From NCBI GenBank assembly GCA_965655095.1, contig OZ296649.1:78430001-78494000 (forward strand): a DNA stretch of 64,000 bases, read 5' to 3'. Positions 38,780 through 51,004 of this stretch are shown in pieces (the stretch's first letter is position 1; every line of letters starts with the position of its first letter). Position numbers and translations under genes: made by a program. The notes under the pieces are model-generated. The model did no database searches. It was not told the DNA's origin and saw only the letters and a program-made list of their open reading frames with translations. This DNA is from Haplodiscus bocki (taxonomy: Eukaryota).

Positions 38780-39190
38780 TTGCATAAATTGCACATTTCT
38801 TCAGTAAATTTGTGAACATTTACGTGTAATGTTTCATGGAAGAGAGTAAGTACATTAACATCAATAACGCCAGTTATTCCTCCTGTTGAAACTTGAACAG
38901 ATGGAATTCTCCAAAAAGTGTTTAAAAACCGCATACACTGAAATGTCCTTGTAGTCCAGTCAGAATCAATTGCGTGCACATACGCTTCAGAAAAAAGTTT
39001 TGATGAATAGACCAAGAGATTTGGCGAAATACATTACCTGATGAAACATGGCCTGCATTATCCAATACTCACATGGCATGTTGCTGGGTTGAGCGTCGAT
39101 AATGTCAAAATTGTGATTTAGAAGAGTGGAAACAAAGTCTGGAGGAATTGAACCAATGTACCAATACAAAAGCAGAGCTATAATGTTGAT
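38780..39190 (-). pseudogene. Adenain-like protease, copy E
   Basis: YIGSIPPDFV; CEYWIM; YFAKSLG; CGF. Confidence 0.75.
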
Positions 39191-39199
39191 TCTTTGTTC

Positions 39200-40576
39200 A
39201 AGGGAAGTACTGTCTTTTCCAAAGCTTCTTTCTCACAATACCAAACCTGTCGACTGCAACAGAAGTCATACGTTTACCCAAAACATTGAACTCTGTAACA
39301 ATCACTAGGGGTGAACTGAAGTATAGCTCCAATCTCAGTGGTTCTCTAACCTCATTCAGGATAATAACAGAGTTGAGTAGCATCTTGTATTGAAAATAGG
39401 TCAAATATTAGTACGTAAAGGTCTTCGAAATTATCAATGAGAATTGATGGAATCTCATCTTGGAAATTCAGTCCTTTCATCGTTGTAGCATACTAGCGAC
39501 AGTTATCTGTCGTACCGTGGTGTACAATTGGTTGTCCACCTATCAGATTTTTAATATCTCTCAGGTTAATTTGTTGAAACCAGAATGGGTTCTCTGTTAA
39601 GGAGCCAGCAAAATTAGTTTTTGAATTCTTTGCAATGGCCATTCGACCTATAGGTGCGTTGTTGAACATATTCTCCTGATTGAATTGATTGTCTCCTGCT
39701 GGAATGATATAGGTCTCTGCCAATGTTTCCATGTAGTTATACTCAGCTATTGCTAGTTGAGTCAATTTCTTTTTTGTGATAAGATTCTCTGAACATCAAT
39801 AGCCGAGTGTAATTATGACAGTCCACAATACCCAAGCTAACATTTGGATTCTCGCTTATCATGTAAAAACTTGACCTCACCGTAACTAATTTGATTCGTA
39901 TTATCAAATTCGGATATAGTAAAGCCGTTGTTGTAGAAAAAAGTCGGTACCGAGCTTATCTTACAACATGAAACCGTCAAGTCTAATGTACAAGTCCATT
40001 CTTCTAGTGAAAAAAGGGCCCTCATTAAAACTCTTACAGTTTTCTTCATAATCATAACCCTTCGCAATTCAAGAGTTCCTTGAAATCTGTCAATATACTT
40101 TTGCATATGCTACAAATGTGAGATTTTTGAGCATGAAGACCGTTCGAATTATAGGTTTGGTGGTTGTTGATGTACCAATCCGCAATATAAAAAATTGAGT
40201 GTAAAATATTGTTAACTTGAGTAAAATGAGGCACTCCTTTGTGCTCTTCGTCTATAATGTCGACGTAATCGTCACCAGTTTCAGTGAAAACATTATCCTC
40301 TTTGTGTTCCTTTTTCTTTTCTGTTCTTTTGTAAGTATCAGAACCACGCCATTTAAATAGTTTAATGTTTAGAGGAAGATACGTTTGTCGCAAAACCACG
40401 TACATGTTGCCATCTGTTTGAAGTTCAAATTCAATGCTGTTTTCACCAAGAGACGTAGTGGTGTAAATTTGTTGTTCATGGGAAAAAAACATATTGTCAA
40501 CGACTGGGATTTTCCCTTCAAGACTCCCAGAAACTGCAACAGAAGGTTGTTACCGAAAATTGTTTTGATCTGTCAT
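39200..40576 (-). pseudogene. Major capsid protein, copy E
   Basis: GENSIEFELQTDGNMYVVL; NNILHSIF; YNYMETLAETYIIPAG..QENMFNNAPIGRMAIA; ENPFWFQQ. Confidence 0.85.
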
Positions 40577-40579
40577 TCC

Positions 40580-40965
40580 TAATTTCCAGTTTTAGTAAAA
40601 ATGTCTCTGCGAGACTGACTGTTTTGTTTCAAGTTTTTTGTTGGATGGCTTGTTTTTTGCTTCCCACCACCTCCACGTTGTTTCCTCAATGTATGCATTC
40701 CTACACTTTTAACAGCAGATTAGAAACTTTTGTTTCCACTCACAATATTAGTCATCTCTGGCACTGTGAATTCCGAAAAGTCACCATCCACGCGTTTTGC
40801 AAATGGGATGACGTATTTTCTCAACAGTGGATCAGCGATTCTCCCAAATACTTGCACAGAAGCACCGAAACGACGTCCTTTTTGGAGTTCAAAAGCTTTA
40901 TAGTAGGGAGGTTCAAGAGTGTTAGATGCAACAATTTTACGAGATGGTATTATTACAAATGCAAC
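40580..40965 (-). pseudogene. Small basic core-protein-like gene, copy E
   Basis: QKGRRFGASVQVFGRIADPLLRKYVIP; SRRDIFTK. Confidence 0.55.
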
Positions 40966-40969
40966 GTCT

Positions 40970-41735
40970 GATAATTTTTTGAAAATGAGAATAAGTGGGG
41001 TTGATCCAACGGAAACTTCTCACAAGAAAACATCTGGCAGATCCACGCGTATGCTGTGGGAAGAGTTCTTCAACAATCCTCCAAACTGAAGGTTTCTAAA
41101 GGTTTGATAGTTCATGTTTTTCCCGTAGTTTTTATATCAACAAGTTTTAGCTTCGATATGAACGGAGAAGAACGAAACAAAGGTGCTTTTGTGTCTCCAA
41201 CAATCTGACACTCTACAATGTGATTGTAAAACATGAGTGAATGGATGCCAATAATATCGTAAGCAAATGTTAGATTATGGAGACTTTTTCCACGCATGAG
41301 TATTCCTAAGTATAATTGCGCATCTCCTCTAAATAAAGGCCCAAAGTCGGTGCTACAATTTGCTAGATTAGATTTTTCATTGACAAGATACACTTCACTT
41401 TTGCGTTACCCTGTTAACTTTGATACAAATGTCACCGTGGTTGTTTCTTTCTTTAACGAGAGTATTCAATGTCTCCACAATGTCAGTTACGGAGGAATAC
41501 TCCAGATTCAAGATAGTAAGGCTCTGTTGTTCCCGGAGTTTCTCATTGAATTCATTAATTTGCCCTCTGTGACGTTTTAGTACATTGATAGCTAAAAAAT
41601 CTCGGAAACGGCTGCCTCCCATTTCTCGTCCAAACTCACCTGCTCCGGTAAGAAGTTTTCAAAGGAACTGAGCGTATTGTTGGGAAAGAGTTGCAATGAT
41701 GTGTTAGAAAGCAACTCGATTGCACACGAATCTAT
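40970..41735 (-). pseudogene. Minor capsid protein (penton), copy E
   Basis: FPNNTLSSFENFLPEQVSLD; YSSVTDIVETLNTL; IVGDTKAPLFRS. Confidence 0.85.
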
Positions 41736-41749
41736 ACTCAAATAACTCT

Positions 41750-42640
41750 AATCATTTCCTTCTCATAAAGTTTGCCCACGTACAACTCCTCCTCTTTCGT
41801 CTTTGATTGTGTTTGTTGGACGTTTTTGAGTAGCAATGGCGACAATCTCAACTGATTCCTGTGTATCTAGTCGTTTTTAAACTTTTCTAAAGGACTATTC
41901 ATAATAGGATATGCGAAGGTGGTCTGCAATTGTAAACTTAGGTTTTTTGTATTCTCTGAGTGGTTCAATGTAAAAAAATTGACATTAAGTCAGTGTTTTT
42001 GACGCGATTGGGTATCATGTCGATGCTGCGAACTTTTCTGGAATTCAATGTTGCAATAAAATGTGGTCATTTATAACTCTAGTTGTATCCATAATTCTCC
42101 ATGTAGCGGTCCAAAATGTTTTCAAGGGATCGAATAGTACGCTCTGCAAATGCAGCTTTTGTTTCATTCATTCTAGAGTATATTCTTATTCTTTCAGCGT
42201 TGCAAAAGTTTTTGAACTCTCCAGCAAACTCTGTTTTCTGATTTACCCAGATTTATTTTTTTCACTCTTTTTTGTAATCAATTTTAAAAACGTTTTGACT
42301 GTTTCTTTTCATTTTTTTTGTCTTCATTCCTTTAGCATCAACGTTTCTGTCAAACAAAGTTTGCCTAACTAGTAAACACTTCACGCTATTTTTGTCTCTT
42401 GCCAGCTTATCAACATATGCTAGAACCATACACCAGATATCGTTTCTGAACTTCGGAAAGGCTCTCGTTTTTTTTGAACTTACGTGCTGGTTGAGTGAAC
42501 TAGTCTTCGAAGAACTTGAATTGAAAATTTCTCTGAACTTTGCTGGAGAAACTTTGGCTGATTTTGCCAAATTGTGCACCAAGCCATAGGCTGCAAACTC
42601 TTGTCTCTAAAATCTGTGCAACTTTTGTCGTTCGAATTTT
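41750..42640 (-). pseudogene. rve integrase, copy E
   Basis: FRNDIWCMVLAYVDKL; KIWVNQKTEFAGEF; TKAAFAERTIRSLE. Confidence 0.85.
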
Positions 42641-43043
42641 GAAAAGGATCCAATGTCTTTTTCTTAGCTCTGGCTTGACTGTTGATAACAAGGTCTAGAA
42701 AGATGCTGACTGCGTCCAGTAAAGTAAAGTATATATCGGTTACGGCTACGTCTTCACACCTCAGGTGCTGCGCGAAATCCTTCAACAACACGCCAGTCTG
42801 TATTCCATCCAAAGTTACTGTGTTGGAATTTGATTGTTCTATGCGAGGAGACTCCAATATCTTGTTCAATAAATGTGTAGCACTTTAAATGAGGTGTTGA
42901 TTTATTTCCTTCTTTACTAAACTTTTCTGGTACGTGGTATTTTGGTAAGGTTTTTATTTGGGTAGTTCTTGTTTTGTAACAAGGGTTGGGTTGTTGCTGT
43001 TGCTGTTGTAGACACAAAGGTGTACTAGAACAAACTGTTCCCT
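42630..43043 (-). pseudogene. Conserved unknown Maverick gene, copy E (short polyQ)
   Basis: KILESPRIEQSNSNTVTLDG..LLKDFAQHLR..DIYFTLLDA. Confidence 0.65.
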
Positions 43044-43044
43044 C

Positions 43045-43985
43045 TCAAGTTAAATGATCAATGACGAATGGTTGAAAGGTTTTATAAGCAGCCATTCTTT
43101 TTTTGCGACAAAAATAGACTTCTTTTTTGCTTTCAAGTTGTTCTTTCAAAAGATAGTGTGTGATTTTTTTTATTTCCTCCAAGTTTCCTTCCAGCAGGTT
43201 GGCCATGCCTTCGCTGAGATATCGGATAAATTTCTTTGACAATTTTTTGGAGACTGAATTTTGCATGAGGGGGAAAAGTGTTGAAACGCTTGGAGAGTAG
43301 AGAGATTTAATGTGTTCATCGTCCAAACGTTTGAAATGCTTCAATTTGTCGGGTACATAAAACTTTGATGGAATATTTCCGCTATTTGTGCAGTAGCGTA
43401 TGCGATTGGCTGTTCGCGGGGACAAATGAATCAACAAAGGACCAAAAGGAACGGAAATTGTATTGCAATACCAACCAACGAGAGTTGATCCAAGACCTAA
43501 CAGTACACTTAATGTACCGACTTGATGAACTTCTCAAGGTGACTTGAATTTAACAGTGTGAGTGTTTTGTAGCTCAACATCATATCCGAGTTTGCTGTGG
43601 TGGAATAAGTTGTGTTTAGTGTACATGGTACTGAAGCCGCGATGTCTACCGGCGGTGGCAATGTCCAAAAATTCCTTGGATTTGAAAATTTCCGCGTATA
43701 AGTAATCAAAAATGAGCAGATTTTTGGAGCCGTTTTTTTAAAGAATTGATAAATTCAAGGTTTCCTGCTTGAACATACTCAGAAGTTTCAATTTCGTTTT
43801 GCTTGATATCATACAGTAGTTTGGGTTGTTGATAGACAACATAGATTTTAGCCGACTCGGGCCGGAACGTTCCACCTTTCAGACGTTCATATTTCAAGTA
43901 CGCTTCGCCAGATTTGCTTGTTCCAAACAAGGATGTAAAAAAACACAAATTTTTGTAGAAATTACCTTGCTCAAAAATTTGGTGA
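43045..43985 (-). pseudogene. A32-like packaging ATPase, copy E
   Basis: FTSLFGTSKSGEA (decayed Walker A); GTFRPESAKIYVVYQ; LLIHLSPRTANRIRYCTNSG. Confidence 0.85.
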
Positions 43986-43989
43986 ACTC

Positions 43990-44260
43990 AAAAGGTTTCC
44001 AGTTACGCTACACAGAATTCCTACCGCGACGGTAGGTTCGTCACGTTTTTTGACCAAATGTGTACGCCAAAGGCAGCCACAAATGAGAGTATGTGAATCT
44101 CAAGAGTATTAGAAGAAATTGGGATTAAAATTTATCTAAAGATCTTGAAGAGGTTTGTCCCAAACAAGATCAAGATCTTTTTTCAGAGTTTTGATCTTCC
44201 AAGGCAATATTGTCTAAGTTAATATTATCTGTGAGATCAGGCGTCTGGTTTCGAAAGTTC
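43990..44260 (+). pseudogene. Small antisense-oriented conserved gene, copy E
   Basis: KDLEEVCPKQDQD; homologue of 4743-5060(-). Confidence 0.5.
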
Positions 44261-44339
44261 AAAGTTTAGAAATGATTGCTATGAAAAACTCATACCAAGT
44301 TGAAAAAAATTGAAACAATCGCACTCGCAAACCCGGAAG

Positions 44340-44832
44340 ACAGGTACAAAGTTCACTAATATAAATGGTGCATAACCTATTCTCCATACGTCTTTGTATC
44401 CCTTCAGCGCAGTGAGGTCTTGATTGGCGTCGAATAGGATACTTGGAGCAGATCCACAAAAATTTTCTTCCTTCCTCAGCAACAATGAGATCTTGAACAC
44501 TTGGACAACCATAGTCCTTCAAGTTTCCTATATTTTGACCGAGAAGACCCAAAAAAAGTTTACACTTTTCAAGATGTTTGACAAACATTTCTGCATTCTT
44601 TGCGTTTTCGTCGTGAAACACATCAAAGAGTTTGGTTTTTCATCTTCGAATTTTCCACTGCTCCACGCAGTACCATGCATATGATTAGTGTTCCATTTTA
44701 TTCGTTTAATAAGATTGTAGTTCTTTGGTGGACAAAATGAAAATGCTGGTACATTACCATCATTAAAAAGATCAGTTGTTTTATTTTGTTTTTCTTTGGA
44801 ATAATTTTATGTCAACTGCAACCAAAGACATG
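44340..44832 (-). pseudogene. DEDD-like nuclease with C-terminal Cys/His cluster, copy E
   Basis: MSLVAVDIK; NHMHGTAWSSG; LEKCK; NLKDYGCPSVQDL; WICSKYP..PHCAE. Confidence 0.5.
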
Positions 44833-44859
44833 CTGTTTCAGACCTTGAATATAAAGAAA

Positions 44860-45300
44860 ATGGAAAATACGAACAATTATACGTGAAGACAAAAGATTAG
44901 CCCAACAACTTGTCCAAAAGAACAAGAATTGGGTCCTCATCCAATCAAATAACAGTAGCCATGTCCTTTATCGGTTTGTAATCGAACTGCTCCGGCAGCA
45001 TCGTGTAGTATTGCATGCAGCCTAAAGACTTTGGTGTAACAAAAAACAGAGTTTAAGTAAGAGTCTCCAAAACTAACACTTCCATCGAACCAATGTTTTT
45101 GGTCCACGTCTCGTAAGAAATTGATTTGTCCAGACAGTAAAACGCGTTAGAAAGGAACTTTTTGGAGAACTTTTGTTCGAAAATTTAACTTTTACTTTGG
45201 GGTAAAGTCGGATAATGCTTACTAAAATGGGAACATCCGTTTTTTGATGCAACCTTTTTCAATTATGAATAGTTGTTTCATCCAGTATAAAACACCGCTT
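44860..45300 (-). pseudogene. HD-motif PLA2-like gene, copy E
   Basis: TKVFRLHAILHDAAGAVRLQTDKGHGYCYLIG. Confidence 0.5.
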
Positions 45301-45749
45301 GAAAAACATGTCGTTGTTTTTCAGGAGATCAACACGTTTTACCAAGAGTGAATGGTATTCTATCAATTTCAGATGAACCTCAATATCTTCGAGGTAAAAA
45401 CTGTTTCCTTAACGGTACTCGACAAAAATCACATGGCCTGTATTAGTCTTGAAGTTTACACATACTTTATTTCCCCTACCATTATATACTGTCCAATTTA
45501 GGCAGAAAATTTGGTTTTTGAATCAATCTGTCCAATGTCTGGCAGATTTTGCATTGGAACTACAATTAATATAAGTTTTTCGGGAGCTGTTTGGAGTTGT
45601 AAGTACAACATGATAAAATCCGACCTTCAATTTTAGCTTCAGAACTAGGTTTTTCTTATCTCCAATGTTCCAAATCATCCTGACTGGAATAGATAGAAAA
45701 ATGAAAAGTTTAAAAAACTGCAATTACTTTTAATAGGAGAAAAGAAAAG

Positions 45750-46310
45750 AATTGATTAGTATTAGGTTTATAACTTACAAAATTCATTGCATCAAATAGA
45801 TATATAAAGTCTTCATGTTTATGATTCACATAAACAATTTGTTGAAACTTCTCGTCCTGTTCCTTCTTTGCAAGAAATCAGACTTGAGTAAAAGAACTCT
45901 ATGCGTTGTCCACACTCTACTGCAGCAGAGTCACACAAGTCTTCCTGTTCGCTCGGTCCACTATGTCAACCACCTTGTGAGACAATTTGAGTTGTTCATC
46001 CATGTCTTTGGACGTTGTTGGGATCACCACTAGAGACGAGTTTTCCTCTCTACCAATGTTCTCTGCTGCAAAGGCCAGCTGATTCCTCAGTCGCAAGAAC
46101 TGCTTGAAATCTGACTCTTGGATTGCAAGACTTCTGACGAGTTGGAACTCTTTGCCGTCATCTTCCTTGAAAACTATCTGTTTTAAATTCACGCAATTGA
46201 AATCCTTTTTGGACCACGAAAGTCGTTCAGATCTGTCCTGGCAATTGCCTATGTCCGCATTGTCGCTACAATTTAGCTTGTGCAGGGAATCAGTAGTGTT
46301 GTAAGCCATG
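45750..46310 (-). pseudogene. PC4-like gene (PC4-1), copy E, near-identical to copy C
   Basis: MAYNTTDSLHKLNCSDNADIGNCQDRSERLSWSK; same premature stop as in C. Confidence 0.55.
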
Positions 46311-46889
46311 GGTGATTGCGATGGAATGCTGCTGGCCGAAAGAAATGATATTTTTTTTCGGATGAAAGGTGAAGAATGATTTTGGAGCTGCACTTTGTTT
46401 GGTATATACACTTCTCTCTAAGTCATTGTCACGTGGTGTTTTCTTATATGGTCAATGTCAGGTGCAATTTTCATGTAAAGAGATTCTCTCTTTTGTTGGA
46501 CATTGTCAAGTTACATTTTGTTTTTCAGTAGGGTTGTACAAAAGATGTATTATTTTGTTTTTCAAGTTCATTTATTCAGAAAACGACTCAACAGACAGAT
46601 GGCAGCTGTGAGGTTACAAACTATAACGAGCTTCTTCTGAAATTTTTCAAAAGCATTTTTCTTTTCTTTTGCAAGCACATAAAAAAATACATTGTGAGTG
46701 AAGAATACTTTTCTTTCCACCACGATGACAAGATTTGCCTCCTATCCTGTTGTAGATATCACAGTGTACTAATAGGAGACATCAAAGAGTTGCTACAAAA
46801 CTAGGATGCATTCTGTTTCAACTACCAACACGTGGACTGACTGTATACACTTTTCAAGTACCAATTCAGTGGCATTCTATACCGGATAC

Positions 46890-47428
46890 AGAGTTCTTAA
46901 CACGAAGCCAAAACAAAACTTCATCATGTGTATAATTAACAAAAACCAGCTGTTGAATATTCTCAAAATCGTTCTTCCTCATAATGAGTCGAAGTTGCGC
47001 TTAAGTTGTATCTGGTTTGTCAACGCAGTAACTCTTCAATTTGGCAATGATCTACTTTTTGAGTCTATTCACACTTCAGATAGATTTTTGCACATGTTTC
47101 AATTGATTCTCCAAGTAGTTGGATAAGGGCGAGGTTACGATAGATCGTAAGTTTTCTTCTCTCGAAAAGTCGGCAGTAGCTGCAACAATGGGTAGCTAAG
47201 TTGTAGAAGCTGTTTGAATCTGATTCTCCTACTTTAATTTGTTGACGTTTGCAAATTTCTGCTTTATCGTCTCTTCTGAACACTTTCATTTGAAGTGCCA
47301 AATACTTGTTGTCGTTTCTTTCTGTTTGGGACCATGAAATTCTCCCAAATCGATCTTCATTCCAGCCGAAGTCTACAAAATCTGTTCAAGTTAATTTTGT
47401 CTTGAACTGCAATCATGTTGCATACCAT
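46890..47428 (-). pseudogene. Second PC4-like gene (PC4-2), copy E
   Basis: DFVDFGWNEDRFGRISWSQTERNDNKYLALQMKVFRRDD..QQIKVGESD. Confidence 0.55.
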
Positions 47429-47749
47429 TTCTGTTGTTCAAAAATTGTTGAAATTTGATGTCAGATGAAAAATTACAGGTCAACAGACGCCGGACAAAAT
47501 AACTTGATCGGATTGTGCAAAACAGAAAAAAGATTCAATGAATGTGTTTTGCTTTCTCTAATCTCGCTGTTGCATCCAGTTCTTTTTATTGTTACCGTTT
47601 AATTAGGTTAGTTGTTTGCTAGCAAATTAAAAGCATTCTGTATTTTGTCAAGTTACGATTGGTTGGAAGAAAAACACAATAGACAGTCAAATGTAACTAC
47701 TGCTGATACTATCGACAAGAAACTATATATAGCTTTTCTAGTAGAGGTC

Positions 47750-48330
47750 AAAATCAACTTTTCGGTGGAACCTGACACATGGCTTCTACCACTAACGAAG
47801 TTCTTTTCAGTCAACTGGCAACGAAACTTATGGCCGCTGTTATGCTACAAGTAATCCCGAACTTTTTCAGAAATTATTCGGAAAAATTTTATTGCATTTC
47901 AACTCACAATTATGAAAACTTTCTAATATGTTGTTTTCACCCTGTGGTGTCCCACAATCCTGCTCATTGCACTTTGATCAACTGTGAATTCCATATTCTT
48001 TCGACAGCGGCTAAAAACAGGAAACATCTGATTGGTAAACTGGATTGTTTTTGTTTCACATATCAAGACGTGGATTATTTCTACACCCTATTCAAATACA
48101 GATTCAGCGGTAATTTATTGGTTTAAAATGGAGAAATATTTGATTTTATGGATACTGATGTATCTTCCAACAAACGTAGTAGAGGGTTGAACAAAATGCC
48201 CAGCATTTTGAAGAAGGGACTCTCACCGAAAAAATTCGAAAAGCACTTGCTGACTTCGATTCAAAACTCGGTTGCACTTCAAACGAGTGGATCAGTTTCT
48301 GTGAGGTAGGCTGAACGAGCCAGAAGGGCT
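47750..48330 (-). pseudogene. Conserved unknown gene X, copy E (a second partial copy lies at 46540-46874)
   Basis: Homologous to 14880-15420(-). Confidence 0.5.
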
Positions 48331-48405
48331 AACGTTGAACTCGAACTGATGAAATATATTGAATGTTTGATTGAAGGTTACTGTAGTTATGAGACTAATT
48401 TAGTC

Positions 48406-48987
48406 TCAATCAAAATAGTGAACTGGAAATAATCTCTTTTCTTGAAAGAGTAACAGATCGTAGTTACAGATAAAACTGTTAACTAGATCACTCTTTTGTT
48501 CTTGCTTCATCTTGCCAGATTTTGAAAAACAAAAATTCTGCAACTCTTTGTTTTTCAAACAGAACAAGGAAAATTTTCTTACAAGTTCTGAAGGAAACAC
48601 AAAAAATTCAGAGGTTCCGTGTTTTTCCTGACAGTAATCACTAGCCTTGTTACGTTCAGTGTTTTTCGTCCACCACTGGAATTTTTCACATCTTGTAGCT
48701 CCGTAGGAAGTTCCACCTATGCAGGCAACAATTTCTTTGTCTTCATGGACATTGTCTTTATAACATTCTCCACGATTAGGAAAATAACCTTGATAGAAAT
48801 CTTCACATAAATTTTGTGACGATTCAAAAAGTTTGTTCTCGGTGTGTCCCGAAAATGTAATGGTCTGATTTGAGACTAGTATAGCAATTATTCCATTCAA
48901 AATGCAAGCCAAGACGACGCCACTGCAAGCAATTTTATCTGATACGCACAATCTGAAAGTTTGAATAAAAACATTTGAAAGAGTCAA
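48406..48987 (-). CDS. Cys-rich 193-aa ORF with N-terminal hydrophobic segment, inside copy E
   Basis: Uninterrupted frame; IACSGVVLACILNGIIAILVS; ~11 Cys; start codon is TTG, not ATG. Confidence 0.45.
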   Translation of the reverse strand: MTLSNVFIQTFRLCVSDKIACSGVVLACILNGIIAILVSNQTITFSGHTENKLFESSQNLCEDFYQGYFPNRGECYKDNVHEDKEIVACIGGTSYGATRCEKFQWWTKNTERNKASDYCQEKHGTSEFFVFPSELVRKFSLFCLKNKELQNFCFSKSGKMKQEQKSDLVNSFICNYDLLLFQEKRLFPVHYFD

Positions 48988-49147
48988 TTAAGATTAATCG
49001 CGAAACGAAAGCAAAACAAAACTATTTACATCTGTTCAAAAATTTCACTTGAATAAAGATTGGGTCACTGATTCGGGAACGTTTTTTGGTCTTTGGAGAG
49101 GTAATCCTTGACTACTTTGTAGTTGGACAGGTTGAGGATGAATCTTT

Positions 49148-49151
<4 letters not shown>

Positions 49152-49196
<45 letters not shown>

Positions 49197-49201
49197 CTCT
49201 C
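49152..49201. repeat. (CT)n microsatellite
   Basis: Directly visible. Confidence 0.95.
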
Positions 49202-49849
49202 GGTTGGGTGTCTTTTCTACGGTTGGCACTTTTTTGCAAAGTTTTGGTCCCCATTTTCAATGTTGGTGTCATCATCATTGTCGCTAACGTCAACATCAAC
49301 ACCGTTGTTCTCATCAAACACAGGGTAATCAAAATTGTAGCGCTTAACTGCTAGGTAGAAGTTGCTTGGCGAGGTAGGAGTCGTGTCAGTTCCACTGGTA
49401 CGGATTGGAGACATTTTAACCACACCAGAGTCCGATGTCAAAAAGTTATCCACCACTACTCACCGACCTTCCCATCTTCGAATGGGTTCTTGGTTTCCTG
49501 GTGATTCTAGATTTTCATGTACCTCGTATGGTCGTTGCTCGTTGTTCTTGCGTAATTGGAGCCCAAGTTAATTCTTCTTCCAAAAATCGAAGTCTTTGAC
49601 ATTCCACAAGTTTCCACACTGACAGCCCGTTAGAATTCACTACTGTCTCAGTTGAAAAGTTGCGAACCTCCATTAAAACAGACTATGGTCCATTTTGTAT
49701 GGACCAGTTCACTTCAGCGCTCAATATAAAGAAAAAAACTTGTTTTGAAATAGGAAATTGGAGATGAAGCAAAATGAACAAGGTTCTGAGCTCCTGATTC
49801 TAGAACTTCATGCTGAATTATGGAAAATGGTTGCAAGAACAACTAATTT

Positions 49850-50560
49850 TTATGAAAGTTACTGTCAACCAATGAAAATTAGAATGGAACAAGTGAAGTA
49901 TCAAAATTTCGAAAAGAGATGATGTTCAAGTGCAGGATACTGCAGGCTGCATAAAATAGTTTCAGATAAAGTAGATGTTTTCGGTTATACGACAAAAAGA
50001 GAAGATAGAGGAGCAATTTGTAAAGTTTTTGCGAATTTCAGATAGATGCAATTTAACAGTTTCACTGAGACGAAACTGGCCCGCACTTTGAGTAAACTTC
50101 TTCATTGAGAAAAACCAAATTCCGTTCATCTCTCGTGGGAAAGGTAGTCTAATAAGTCTTTTTGGATGCCCTCTTGTTTCTTGAATGTGGTGACAGAAGA
50201 AGTCGTTTTATGAAAAATTGTAGCCGAGAGGATTCTCGGGGTTGGTAGAATGTAAAAGTTTGATTTTTTGCATTCTTGTTTTGGTCACTGAATTTGTTCA
50301 AGCAGAACAAAGTCGAAGCAAGATCTTGCTTCGTTGAAGTTATTTCCTCGACAGGAAAATACCTCTGTTGGAATTTCGAGGAATCATTCTTGAAAACCTT
50401 GAAAGTGAAGTAATTTTTGTTCAAACTTTTGCTGGAACGTAAGAGTCGAGTTTCAACAGTCGAGTTTTCTAAATTGCTCTGCTAGAAGTATGAGTTTCCT
50501 CAATGATATCAGTTTTGTCTACATTTTTTTCCGGATTTTCTTCGTAGGTAGAGTTTAGTT
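49850..50560 (-). pseudogene. PC4-like paralogue (PC4-3), copy E
   Basis: KNYFTFKVFKNDSSKFQQRYFPVEEITSTKQDL. Confidence 0.45.
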
Positions 50561-51004
50561 TAGGCATACTGGGTAGTTGATTTTTTGGGATATTGATTGG
50601 AATTCTCTTGACAAAAATACTGTAATAACTGGAGGCGATTTTGTCAGTGGCAAAACCAAACTAAAACTCCACTCATTCTGTCCTCTTTTCATCATTGGTT
50701 GAGCTATGATTTTGTGAATGGCAAAATCAAATTGAAACTTCAAGGAAATCATCCTGTTTTTACCATTGAATGAGCTGTTTCAGTCAGAATAAAATCACTT
50801 GTCGGAATTGAGTTTCCTTTTCTTTTATGTTAGTCGCGTATGGTTTTCAATCAAAATTTGACTTTGTTACGGTTGAATGATTCCCCCTGTAACCACTTGA
50901 ATGGCTTCAAGATACTGGTTTGAGCTATTGGTTTCTTGACACAGTGTTCCTCCAATCCAAGAGGTAAAGCTCCATTTCATCGTTTTTCCGAGACAAGTTG
51001 TTGC

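Noticed and set aside
49045-49332. RE-repeat protein
   Set aside because: Translation of a (GA)n microsatellite, not evidence of coding function.
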